DNA of 64,000 nucleotides. It comes from Mobula hypostoma. Taxonomy: Eukaryota. Below, one piece after another: positions 1 through 12,415 of this stretch. A program made the translations under genes and the position numbers. The stretch spans positions 82,152,001 to 82,216,000 of the forward strand of contig NC_086097.1 in the NCBI RefSeq assembly GCF_963921235.1, given 5' to 3'. A model generated the notes under the pieces. It had not been told where the DNA came from. It searched no databases and was given only the letters and a program-made list of their open reading frames with translations. Within the stretch, counting starts at the first letter, position 1; each line of letters opens with the position of its first letter.

Positions 1-157
1 TGAGCAAAACACACACAAAATGCTAGAGGAACTCAGCAGGCCAGGCAGCATCTATGGAAAAAAGTACAGTAGATGTTTTGGGCTGAAATGCCAACTGTAC
101 TTTTTTCCATAGATACTGCCTAGCCCGAGTTCCTCCAGTATTTTGTGTGTGTTGCTT
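1..157. repeat. Foldback mini-element made of two inverted Penelope-like (PLE) terminal segments
   Basis: Left arm acacacacaaaatgctagaggaactcagcagg..gcatctatggaaaaaagtacagt is the reverse complement of right arm actgtacttttttccatagatactgcc..gagttcctccagtattttgtgtgtgt. The same unit flanks the hammerhead at 42.8 kb. Confidence 0.7.
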
Positions 158-427
158 TAGTTTTAATCAGACCCATTTCTAGTACATTATTGCAAAGCCT
201 TTTTACAATCCATAGTTTCCTTCACTCTTTAATGCTGTTAATTACCCTCTCCATAAGTTACTACATTCCAAGAAATAAAGTCCCTATAATTCAGGCCCGA
301 GTTCACACAGTATTTATTTAATAATTCAAATAGAAACATAGAAACATAGAAAATAGGTGCAGGAGTAGGCCATTCGGCCCTTCGAGCCTGCACCGCCATT
401 TATTATGATCATGGCTGATCATCCAAC

Positions 428-3400
428 TCAGAACCCCGCCCCAGCCTTCCCTCCATACCCCCTGACCCCCGTAGCCACAAGGGCCATATCTAACTCCCTC
501 TTAAATATAGTCAATGAACTAGCCTCAACTGTTTCCTGGGGCAGAGAATTCCACAGATTCACCACTCTCTGTGTGAAGAAGTTTTTCCTAATCTCGGTCC
601 TAAAAGGCTTCCCCTCTATCCTCAAACTGTGGCCCCTCGTTTTGGACTTCCCCAACATCGGGAACAATCTTCCTGTATCTAGCCTGTCCAATCCCTTTAG
701 GATCTTATACGTTTCAATCAGATCCCCCCTCAATCTTCTAAATTCCAACGAGTACAAGCCCAGTTCATCCAGTCTTTCTTCATATGAAAGTCCTGCCATC
801 CCAGGAATCAATCTGGTGAACCCTCCTTGTACTCCCTCTAAGGCAAGGATGTCTTTCCTCAGATTAGGGGACCAAAACTGCACACAATACTCCAGGTGTG
901 GTCTCACCAAGGCCTTGTACAACTGCAGTAGTACCTCCCTGCTCCTGTACTCGAATCCTCTCGCTATAAATGCCAGCATACCATTCGCCTTTTTCACCGC
1001 CTGCTGTACCTGCATGCCCGCTTTCAATGACTGGTGTATAATGACACCCAGGTCTCATTGCACCTCCCCTTTTCCTAATCGGCCACCATTCAGATAATAA
1101 TCTGTTTTTCTATTTTTGCCACCAAAGTAGATAACTTCACATTTATCCACATTAAATTGCATCTGCCATGAATTTGCCCACTCACCCAACCTATCCAAGT
1201 CACCCTGCATCCTCTTAGCATCCTCCTCACAGCTAACACTGCCACCCAGCTTCGTGTCATCCGCAAACTTGGAGATGCTGCATTCAATTCCGTCATCCAA
1301 GTCATTAATATATATTGTAAACAACTGGGGTCCCAGCACTGAGCCTTGCGGTACCCCACTAGTCACCGCCTGCCATTCCGAAAAGGTCCCGTTTATTCCC
1401 ACTCTTTCCTTCCTGTCTGCTAACCAATTTTCCACCCACACCAATACCTTACCCCCAATACCGTGTGCTTTAAGTCTGCACACTAATCTCCTGTGTGGGA
1501 CCTTGTCAAAAGCCTTTTGAAAATCCAAATATACCACATCCACTGGTTCTCCCCTATCCACTCTACTAGTTACATCGTCAAAAAATTCTATGGGATTCGT
1601 CAGACATGATTTTCCTTTCACAAATCCATGCAGACTTTGTCCGATCATTTCACCGCTTTCCAAATGTGCTGTTATCACATCCTTGATAACTGACTCCAGC
1701 AGTTTCCCCACCACCGACGTTAGGCTAACCGGTCTATAATTCCCCGGTTTCTCTCTCCCTCCTTTTTTAAAAAGTGGAGTTACATTAGCCACCCTCCAAT
1801 CCTCAGGAACTAGTCCAGAATCTAACGAGTTTTGAAAAATTATCACTAATGCATCCACTATTTCTTGGGCTACTTCCTTAAGCACTCTAGGATGCAGAGC
1901 ATCTGGCCCTGGGGATTTATCTGCCTTCAATCCCTTCAATTTACCTAACACCACTTTCCTACTAACATATATTTCGCTCAGTTCCTCCATCTCACTGGAC
2001 CCTCTGTCCCCTACTATTTCTGGAAGATTATTTATGTCCTCCTTAGTGAAGACAGAACCAAAGTAATTATTCAATTGGTCTGCCATGTCCTTGCTCCCCA
2101 TAATCAATTCATCTGTTTCTGTCTGCAGGGGACCTACATTTGTCTTTACCAGTCTTTTCCTTTTTACATATCTATAAAAGCTTTTGCAGTCCATTTTTAT
2201 GTTCTCTGCCAGTTTTCTCTCATAATCTTTTTTCCCCTTCCTAATTAAGCCCTTTGTCCTCCTCTGCTGAACTCTGAATTTCTCCCAGTCCTCAGGTGAG
2301 CCACTTTCTCTGGCTAATTTGTATGCTTCTTCTTTGGAATTGATACTATCCCTAATTTCTCTTGTCAGCCACGGGTGCACTACCTTCCTTGATTTATTCT
2401 TTTGCCAAACTGGGATGAACAATTGTTGTAGTTCATCCATGCAACCTTTAAATACTTGCCATTGCATATTCACCGACAATCCATTAAGTGTCATTTGCCA
2501 GTCTATTTTTGCTAATTCACGTCTCATACCTTCAAAGTTACCCCTCCTTTAGTTCAGAATCTTTGTTTCTGAATTAACTATGTCACTCTCCATCTTAATG
2601 AAGAATTCCACCATATTATGGTCACTCTTACCCAAGGGGCCTCTCACGACAAGATCGCTAATTAACCCTTCCTCATTGCTCAAAACCCAGTCCAGAATAG
2701 CCTGCTCTCTAGTTGGTTCTTCGACATGTTGGTTCAACAAACCATCCCGTATACATTCCAAGAAATCCTCTTCCTCAGCACCTTTACCAATTTGGTTCAC
2801 CCAATCTACATGTAGATTGAAGTCACCCATTATAACTGCTGTTCCTTTATTGCACACATTTCTAATTTCCTGTTTAATACCATCTCCGACCTCACTACTA
2901 CTGTTAGGTGGCCTGTACACAACTCCCACCAGCGTCTTCTGCCCCTTAGTGTTACACAGCTCTACCCATATCGATTCCACATCTTCCCGGCTTATGTCCT
3001 TCCTTTCTATTGCGTTAATCTCCTCTTTAACCAGCAACGCCACCCCACCTCCCCTTCCTTCATGTCTATCCCTCCTGAATATTGAATATCCCTGAACGTT
3101 GAGCTCCCATCCCTGGTCACCCTGGAGCCATGTCTCTGTGATCCCAACTATATCATAATCATTAATAACAATCTGCACTTTCAATTCATCCACCTTATTA
3201 CGAATGCTCCTTGCATTGACACATAAAGCCTTCAGGCGCTCTTTTACAACTCTCTTAGCCCTTATACAATTATGTTGAAAAGTGGCCCTTTTTAATGCTT
3301 GCCCTGGATTTGTCAGCCTGCCACTATTACTTTTCTCCTTAGTACTTTTTGCTTCTACCCTCACTTTACACCCCTCTGTCTCTCTGCACTGATTCCCATC

Positions 3401-3460
3401 CCCCTGTTGTGAACTAACCTTCTCACGCCTAGCCTCTTTAATTTGATTCCCACCCCCCAA
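428..3460 (-). pseudogene. CR1 ORF2, APE endonuclease-reverse transcriptase (frameshift at ~2530-2550, in-frame TGA at 1055-1057)
   Basis: NARSI, GITETW, VVYRPP, MGDFN and SDHN (APE); KSPGPD, YRPVSLTS, YLDFQKAFD, GVPQGSVLGP and KFADD (RT); RTRGH-like C-terminus. Confidence 0.93.
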
Positions 3461-3465
3461 CCATT

Positions 3466-4402
3466 CTAGTTTAAAGTCACCTCAGTAGCCCCCGCTAATC
3501 TCCCTGCCAGGATATTGGTCTCCCTAGGATTCAAGTGTAACCCGTCCTTTTTGTACAGGTCACGCCTGCGCCAAAAGAGGTCCCAATGATCCAAAAACTT
3601 GAATCCCTGCCCCCTGCTCCAATCCCTCAGCCACGCATTTATCCTCCACCTCATCGCATTCCTACTCTCACTGTCGCGCAGCACAGGCAGCAATCCTGAG
3701 ATTACTACCTTTGCGGTCCTTTTTCTCAACTCCCTTCCTAGTTCCCTATATTCTCCTTTCAGGACCTCATCCCTTTTCCTACCTATGTCATTGGTACCTA
3801 TATGTACCACGACCTCTGGCTCCTCACCTTCCCACTTCAGGATATATTGGACACGATCAGAAATATCCCGGACCCTGGCACCAGGGAGGCAAACTACCAT
3901 CCGGGTCTCTGGACTGCGTCCACAGAATCGCCTATCTGACCCCCTTACTATCGAGTCCCATATCACAACTGCCCTCCTCTTCCTTGCCCTACCCTTCTGA
4001 GCTACAGGGCCAGACTCTGTGCCGGAGGCACGGCCACTGTCGCTTCCCCCGGGTAAGCTGTCCCCCCTCAACAGTACTCAAACAGGAGTACCTGTTGTTA
4101 AGGGGCACAGCCACCAGGGTACTCCCTATTACCTGACTTTTCCCCTTCCCCCTCCTAACCGTGACCCACTTGTCTGCCTCCCGTGGCCCCGGCGTGACCA
4201 CCTGCCTGCAACTCCTCTCTATCACCTCCTCACTCTCCCTGACCAGACGAAGGTCATCGAGCTGCAGCTCCAGTTCCGTAACGCGGTCCCTTAGGAGCTG
4301 CAACTCGATGCACTTGGTGCAGATGTAGACGTCCGGGAGGCTTGGAGACTCCAGGGCCTCCCACATCCGACACCGAGAACAGCAAACTGCCCTCACACTC
4401 AT
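3466..4402 (-). pseudogene. CR1 ORF1 (N-terminal Cys zinc finger/coiled coil + SGNH esterase), frameshift near 4065
   Basis: CxxC..CxxC followed by a leucine-rich coil; SGNH motifs VIWDSIVR (G-D-S variant), CLPGA, HIGTND and DGLHLN. Confidence 0.88.
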
Positions 4403-5214
4403 ACTGCCCCTCTCCTCAAATAACAACAGAAAATGAATGCCAAACCTTCCTCGCCTCGCCCGTTTCCACCTAAGCCCGTTGAGCCGAAGCCCTTAAGCCT
4501 TCACTCTGCTCTGAATTAAGTAAGCAACAATTAAAACTATGCAGTGCTTAGCAACTGCAAATACCTTAAAATCTAAAAGTTAAAACACAGAAAAACATAG
4601 AAAACCTACAGCACAATACAGGCCCCTCGGTCCACAATGCTGTGCTGAACACGTACACGTAGTTGAAGTCCCTCATTGGATTCTCCAAGCAGAACAATTC
4701 ATTCACAACGCAAAATTCTTTGAAAAGCTTTATTCATAAACAAACCCGACATTGATAGTGTCGCTTAGATTGATAAAAGTCTGAGTTTGCCGGCTTTCTT
4801 CTTCCTGGAGGGATGTGCCAAATTAATAATGACCGGGAGCTTAGCATCCAAATGTGTGCATCTGCCAACTTCATCTGTACATCAAAACTGAATAACTAAG
4901 GTTAGAGTAACCTTGATTCTGGAGTGATTGGGTTGAATAGCTTCTCATTCATCTTGTAGATTAGTTCTATTCCAGCTGAAAGCTTGGTGGTTTTTTTTCG
5001 CTGTGACATTGCAGCTAGATAGTGCAACTATCAAACAAAATAAGAAGAAAAAACTGTGCTGAAGAACAAGATCTGTGCCAAATGCCTTTCCATCTCTCTT
5101 TCTTTTATTAGAGCATACAAAGGAACATACAAGTTGCGAGCAGAAATAGGACAAACAATCCTTTATGCCAGTTCTCTCATGCAATAAGATCATGACTAAC
5201 CTCTGAGATCTATC

Positions 5215-5750
5215 AATGTGTGACGGAGAGTATATTAACTAGTTGCATCACAGTCTGGTTTGGAAACATGAATAGCTACAAAATGTGATACAGACAAGTC
5301 CATCATGGATAAAGCCCTGCACACCACTGAGCACACCTACACAGATGCTGCTTTCTTGTGACAGCACGCCACCACCCAGGTCATGCTCTCTTCTCACTGC
5401 TGCCATCAGGAAGGTGGTACAAGAGCCTCAGGACTAACACCACCAGGTTCAGGAACAGTTAGTACTCAGCTATCATGCTCTTGAACCAGAGGGGATAACT
5501 TTATTTGCTCGTCACTGAAATGTTCCAACAGCCAATGGACTCACTATCTCATGTTCTCAATACTTATTGCTTATTTATTAGTATTATTTCTTTTTTTCTG
5601 TATTTGAATAAATTGTTGTCTTTTGTTTGTCGTGCTGGGTGCAGTCTTTCATTGATTCTACTGTGTTTTTTGTATTTACTATGAATGCCTGCAAGAAACA
5701 GGCTTGAATACGATGACATATCTGAACTTTGATAGTAAATTTACTTTGAT
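5215..5750 (+). mobile_element. Degenerate Rex1/Babar-type LINE 3' end
   Basis: HPGHALFSLLPSGR-like coding stretch followed by the AT-rich 3' UTR shared with other copies in the window. Confidence 0.7.
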
Positions 5751-6154
5751 TATTTCTACAAGGAGTCACTTCTCAATTCCTTGCCTATCAAGTCTCTGTT
5801 TTGAAAATATTCAAAACTCTGCTTCTACTGCCCTTTGGACATGAGAGTTGCTAAAAGTTTCGATCTTTTGAGAGAAAAATTAAAATGGTGATCTTTAGTT
5901 CTGAACTCAGCCAACAGAGGAGACATCTAACTCCATTGCTACTCTTCAACACCCTTGAGATTTCTTTAAGTTTGAAGTGAAAAGTAAATTTATTAAAGTA
6001 CATATATGTCACCATATATACAATCCTGAGAGTCATCTTCTTGCAGGCATACACAGCAAATCCAAGAAATATACAATAGAATGAATGACAGACTGCACCC
6101 AACAGGACAGATAAACAACCAATAAGGTAACAAATTGCTCAAATACAGAAATAC

Positions 6155-7297
6155 AGAGATTCTTGAGCCCTCTTGAATGCACTGCTCTTTTGAGGTCTAT
6201 CCACAGATTCTCGATGATGTTTAAGTCGGGACTGTGAGGGCGATGGCAAAACCTTCAGCTTGCGCCTCTTGAGGTAGTCCATTGTGGATTTTGAGGTGTG
6301 TTTAGGATCATTGTAGAAGCCATCCTCTTTTCATCTTCAGCTTTTTTACAGACGGTGTGATGTTTGCTTCCAGAATTTGCTGGTATTTAATTCAATTCAT
6401 TCTTCCCTCTACCAGAAATGTCATTGCTCATTGCGGCCAAAAAGTTCTATTTTAACTACATCAGTCCACAGGGCTTGTTTCCAAAATGCATCAGGCTTGT
6501 TTAGATGTTCCTTTGAACCTTTTGAATAGAACTTTTTGGCCGCAATGAGAAAAGGTACGTTTGGAGAAAAAAGGATGCAGAATTTCATGGAAAGAACTCC
6601 TCTCCAACTGTTAAGCATGGGGGATGGATCTATCATGCTTTGGGCTTGTGTTGTAGCCAGTGGCACGGGGAACATTTACTGGTAGAGGGAAGAATGAATT
6701 CAATTAAATACCAGCAAATTCTGGAAGCAAACATCACACAGTCTGTAAAAAAGCTGAAGATGAAAAGAGGATGGCTTCTACAACAGGATAATGAACCTAA
6801 ACACACCTCAAAATCCACAATGGACTACCTCAAGAGGCACAAACTGAAGGTTTTGCCATGGCCCTCACAGTCCCCTGACCTAAACATCATGAAGAATCTG
6901 TGGATAGACCTCAAAAGAGCAGTGCATGGAAGATGGCTCAAGAATCTCACAGAACCAGAAGCCTTTTGCAAGGAAGAATGGGCTAAAATCCCCAAAGAAG
7001 AATTAAAAGACTTTTAGCTGGCTACAGAAAGCATTTACAAGCTGTGATACTTGCCAAAGGGGGTGTTACTAAGTACTGCCATGCAGGGTGCCCAAACTTT
7101 TGCTTCGGGCCCTTTTCTTTTTTTGTTATTTTGAAACTGTAAAAAATGGAAATAAAAAGTAATCTTGCTTAAAATATTAAAGAAATGCGTCATCTTTAAC
7201 TTTATGCCTTTTGGAAATCAGTTCGTCTTTTATTCGCTTAGCTATTCACAGTGACAGAAATTTTGACCAGGGGTGCCCAAACTTTTGCATGCCACTG
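6155..7297 (+). mobile_element. Tc1 transposon remnant with an internal inverted duplication
   Basis: Transposase motifs KHGG, QQDNEPKHTS and WPSQSPDLN; right TIR ..gggtgcccaaacttttgcatgccactg followed by TA; 6155-6514 is an inverted copy of transposase sequence. Confidence 0.88.
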
Positions 7298-7745
7298 TAT
7301 GTGTTGGATGCCAGGACAGATCTTCTGAAATAATAACACTGAGGAATTTAAAGTTGCTGACCCTCTCCACCTCTAATACCTCCAATAATTAGCTCATGGA
7401 CCTCCATTTTCCTCCTCCTAAAGTCAATAATCAGCTTCTTGGTCTCAGTGACACTGAGTGAGAGGCTGTTGTGGCACCACTCAGCCAGATTTTCAATCTC
7501 CCTCCTATATGCTGATTCGTAGCCACCTTTGATTCAGCCAATAACAGTGGTGTCATCAGCAAACTTAAATATGGCATTGGAGCTATACTGAGCTACACAG
7601 TCATTAGTGTAAAGTGAGTAGGCAGGGGGCTAAGCACACAGCTCTGTGGTGCATCTGTGCTGACGGAGATTGTGGAGGAGACGTTATTGTCAATCTGAAC
7701 TGAGTGGGGTCGGCAAGTGAGGAAATCGAGGTTCCAATTGCACAA
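7298..7745 (-). mobile_element. Rex1/Babar RT fragment; its 3' UTR probably lies at ~5970-6150
   Basis: Minus-strand KFADDT and LSVTETKKLIIDFRR-type motifs. Confidence 0.7.
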
Positions 7746-9659
7746 GGATTTTCACCGAAATCATCTCTTGCTTTCCTAAGCTTCAGAGCACACACTAAAA
7801 TAATACCATTTTAACTACCTTTCATTTCAATCTCAAAACCCCATCACTGAACATGTATAATTTATGTAAATTTGTGTTCTTTATGTTGGTCATGTTTGTA
7901 ATGTGCAGTGCTGCTGCAAAAGGCCAATTTTAATGGCATTTATAACCTGGGCATGTATGGCCATGATAAAACACTTGAAATTGTTTGGCGGGCAAATGGT
8001 GAGCCTGCAGAGAGGGGTAGAGAAGGGCAAGGACACAATGAAGGTCCAGCACAAAGCGTTCTTGTAAACAAGTAAACATGATTCAGTGATCCAGACAAAT
8101 AGGATCACAAACGGACTATTTGAACTGCTCTTAAGATAACTGCTCATTGCTTTTGGCTATACATGAGGCTGGATCACTTTAGATTTGTCTGAACATCCTA
8201 TTGAAAATGACAAAATATGTTAACAAACATACACATTTTATTCTTCCTGCAGTGTTCATACCAAGATAAAGGAAACTGTGGTAAACTAAACATCTTCAGC
8301 TCCATTCTTAATGCTAAAAAAATTCCATTATTTGAAACCACATGCAGACAAAATGTAGGAATTAAATTAGGCAATTTCTCTATTACATTAGCAAGCAACA
8401 AATCCAATGTAATGCACGAAAATGCAATGAGCAATATCATTGAGAAAGAAACAGTTAACATAAAGCCTAAGATACAAAGTCAGTATCTGCAGACCCAAGG
8501 AAGAATATTTATTGATAAAAACTATTTCTGTAAGTCTTCACTTTTAAGAATTCTGAAAACAAATGCATCTATGAACTTTTTTAGCTGTAAATAGCACTAC
8601 TGGTAAAACCAACCCTACTTTAAAACCAGCACTGACATAATTCTCTATAAAGAGACAGCAGAAAAAACAATAATAATAGTAAATACGCTACTGCAGATAT
8701 TGAACATTAAATGAAAAAAAACAAATGCTGCAGCAGACATTCAAGTCAGGCAGTATCTGAAAACTTAGATTATTTTATCTCTGTACATAATGCAGCCTAT
8801 CCATTAAGTCAATGGCAAAGAGAATACATGATGTGCTACATATGTTCTCTTTTTGCTTGAATATGTAGACTTTGCTTCTATCTTTGGGAAAATAACAAAA
8901 ATGCACAAATACCATATTGGCAAAAATTCCAACTATACTAATCTGTTTTAAAGTGAACCAGAAAATCCAGTGAATCTATTAAACTGAGGAGATAATTAGT
9001 TTGGGATTTTCAGAGATTGGGCCTTTGCAACTGAATGGAGCACCACAAAAACTATGGGTATGAAAAGGCCAAAATTTGGTGGAGGACAGAAATATCTCAG
9101 GGTTATAAAATGGAATAAGATTACAGAGCTGCATTAGTTTATAACAAGTGTCACAGAAAAGAACATTGAAAAATTACTGTTGGTAAAACAATTTTTCCAT
9201 CAATTCAATTTGTATACTGTTTTTAAATTACTTTTGCATGTAATAATCTGATTACTTAAATTGATTACAAGCCTGCTGTCACTAAAAGGAAAATCAGTAC
9301 TGAAAACACAGTATTTAGCAATTTGCAATAAATCTTCCCAAAAGTAGCACATCAGTTCCACAGGATGTATTTTCTCATAATAAGACACCTACATATTATC
9401 TTGGCACACTGCCATGATGCAGCATTCTATTTAGCACTATTTACAGCCCTCACTAATTGAAATTTGTATCCTTCCAATCAAAATAAATTACAAAAGCCCT
9501 TCTACAGCCTCAAAGTATCAAAGCTGTTAAAAATGTCTCGAAATGAATGAACTGCTGATTTTCAATAAGAAAATGCAAATTTTTTTTTCATGCCAGCTTA
9601 ATTCCTAGTATGTTTTAAAGATGATTTTGATACATAACAGAATACAAGGTAAAATACAA

Positions 9660-11545
9660 GGTCAGGAGGGCTAAAAGAAGACATGAGGTTGCCTTGGCAG
9701 TCAAAGTGAAGGATAATCCAAAGAGCTTTTACAAGTATATTAAGAGCAAAAGGATTGTAAGGGATAAAATTGGTCCTCTTGAAGATCAGAGTGGTCGGCT
9801 TTGTGCGGAACCAAAGGAAATGGGGGAGATCTTAAATAGGTTTTTTGCGTCTGTATTTACTAAGGAAGCTGGCATGAAATCTATGGAATTGAGGGAATCA
9901 AGTAGTGAGACCATGGAAACTGTACAGATTGAAAAGGAGGAGGTGCTTGCTGTCTTGAGGAAAATCAAAGTGGATAAATCCCCAGGACCTGACAGAGTGT
10001 TCCCTCGGACCTTGAAGGAGACTAGTGTTGAAATTGCGGGGGCCCTGGCAGAAATATTTAAAATGTCGCTGTCTACGGGTGAAGTGCCGGAGGATTGGAG
10101 AGTGGCTCATGTTGTTCCGTTGTTTAAAAAAGGATCGAAAAGTAATCCGGGAAATTATAGGCCGGTGAGTTTAACGTCAGTAGTAGGTAAGTTATTGGAG
10201 GGAGTACTAAGAGACAGAATCTACAAGCATTTGGATAGACAGGGGCTTATTAGGGAGAGTCAACATGGCTTTGTGCATGGTAGGTCATGTTTGACCAATC
10301 TGTTGGAGTTTTTCGAGGAGGTTACCAGGAAAGTGGATGAAGGGAAGGCAGTGGATATTGTCTACATGGACTTCAGTAAGGCCTTCGACAAGGTTCCGCA
10401 TGGGAGGTTAGTTAGGAAAATTCAGTCGCTAGGTATACATGGAGAGGCGGTAAATTGGATTAGACATTGGCTCGATGGAAGAAGCCAGAGAGCGGTGGTA
10501 GAGAATTGCTTCTCTGAGTGGAGGCCTGTGACTAGTGGTGTGCCACAGGGATCAATGCTGGGTCCATTGTTATTTGTCATCTATATCAACGATCTGGATG
10601 ATAATGTGGTAAATTGGATCAGCAAGTTTGCTGATGATACAAAGATTGGAGGTGTAGTAGACAGTGAGGAAGGTTTTCAGAACCTGCAGAGGGACTTGGA
10701 CCAGCTGGAAAAATGGGCTGAAAAATGGCTGATGGAGTTTAATACTGACAAGTGTGAGGTATTGCATGTTGGAAGGACAAACCAACGTAGAACATACAGG
10801 GTTAATGGTAAGGCACTGAGGAGTGCAGTGGAACAGAGGGATCTAGGAATAACAGATACAAAATTCCCTAAAAGTGCCGTCACAGGTAGATAAGGTCTTA
10901 AAGAATGCTTTTGGTACATTGGCCTTTATTAATCGAAGTATTGAGTATAAGAGCTGGAATGTTATGATGAGGTTGTATAAGGCATTGGTGAGGCCGAATC
11001 TGGAGTATTGTGTTCAGTTTTGGTCACCAAATTACAGGAAGGATATTAATAAGGTTGAAAGAGTGCAGAGAAGGTTTACAAGGATGTTGCTGGGACTTGA
11101 GAAACTCCATTACAGAGAAAGGTTGAATAGGTTGGGACTTTATTCCCTGGAGCATAGAAGAATGACGGGAGATTTGATAGAGGTATTTAAAATTATGATG
11201 GGTATAGATAGAGTGAATGCAAGCAGGCTTTTTCCACTGAGGCAAGGGGAGAAAAAAAAACAAGAGGACATGGGTTAAGGGTGAGGGGGGAAAAGTTTAA
11301 AGCAAACATTAGGGGGGGCTTCTTCACACAGAGAGTGGTGGGAGCATGGAATGAGCTGCCAGACGAGGTGGTAAATGCAGGTTCTTTTTTAACATTTAAG
11401 AATAAATTGGACAGATACATGGATGGGAGGTGTATGGAGGGATATGGTCCGTGTGCAGGTCATTGGGACTAGGCAGAAAATGATTCGGCACAGCCAAGGG
11501 CCAAAGGGCCTGTTTCTGTGCTGTAGTTTCTATGGTTCTATGGTA
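9660..11545 (+). mobile_element. 5'-truncated CR1 LINE (RT + 3' UTR), different subfamily from 331-4512
   Basis: ORFs 9694-10893, 10874-11278 and 11281-11472 with KSPGPD, MDFSKAFD, GVPQG and KFADD; tail tttctatggttctatggt. Confidence 0.93.
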
Positions 11546-12415
11546 ATGATTTTTGACCTTGTTTGCTTTTAAATTTATGACCAATACGGAAGACAAAGTT
11601 GCAGGCACTGTTACATAAAATATATAGCACAGAAATTGGTCAGTCATGACTACATTTATGCTCCAGAAGAGCACGTCTTCACCCCTCCAGAGTATCATTC
11701 TATATTTATTCTGTTACCTCCTGGGATTTTCCCTTAAAGCCCGTGTCTGTCTTACTACTCCTGGTAGGTGATGTCTACACCAGATTCTCACCTTCCCTCC
11801 ATGAAGAGCTTTCACCCAAATACAATAAATTTTAATCAAAGTGTCATGCATATTTCATCCAAAAAAATTACAGTGAACTCCAAGAATCATAATTAAAATT
11901 AACAAAAAACTGGGTCAATTTTTACTGCTAAGTTTTGAGATTTTCTTTTTATTTTAGCTGTTTTCTGCAAAAAGCAGTGTGTCCTGCTAGTAAAAGTGTT
12001 TTGGCTTCGGCTAAAGGAGCTATGTTGTCCAACTTGGGACAATCAGGTTTGTCTGTGTACGTGCTGCAACTCAGCTTTCTGAAGGACAGTAGTCTGGTTT
12101 AGTGTCTTTTAGTGGGAGTGGGGCACAAGGGAGGATGCCTGCAAAATGCTGCCCGAAGTAAGAAGTCCTTTGTGCAGAAGAATGGCTCCAAGGAGGAAGC
12201 ACCAATACTTCTGAGTTAGCAGTTTGTTCGAGATTGTCTTCAAGGGAAGTCCATACTGTGGCTGGTAACTTTCATGCAGACGTGGGTTTAGTATGTGAGT
12301 ACAGCTATTCACCCGGCAACTTCAAAAATGAGCTCCAATGTTTACAAGCACATTGGACTGGTTTAACTGTAAAGGGCCTTTTATTTTTCTTTTCTTTTTC
12401 TGTCAGCTGTTTATT

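Larger units (their letters stand above)
331..4512 (-). mobile_element. Near full-length CR1 LINE (ORF1 + ORF2 + microsatellite tail)
   Basis: (TAGAAACA)n tail at 331-351, APE-RT ORF2, zinc-finger/esterase ORF1, and a short 5' UTR ending near 4510. Confidence 0.95.

Noticed and set aside
405..1097. 230-aa plus-strand ORF, and similar antisense ORFs at 2580-3095, 3599-4000, 28430-28888 and 28974-29351
   Set aside because: Antisense shadows of CR1 coding sequence.
8198..8594. Overlapping 87-aa and 125-aa ORFs as coding exons
   Set aside because: AT-rich, no recognisable motif, and the splice signals do not give a consistent open frame.
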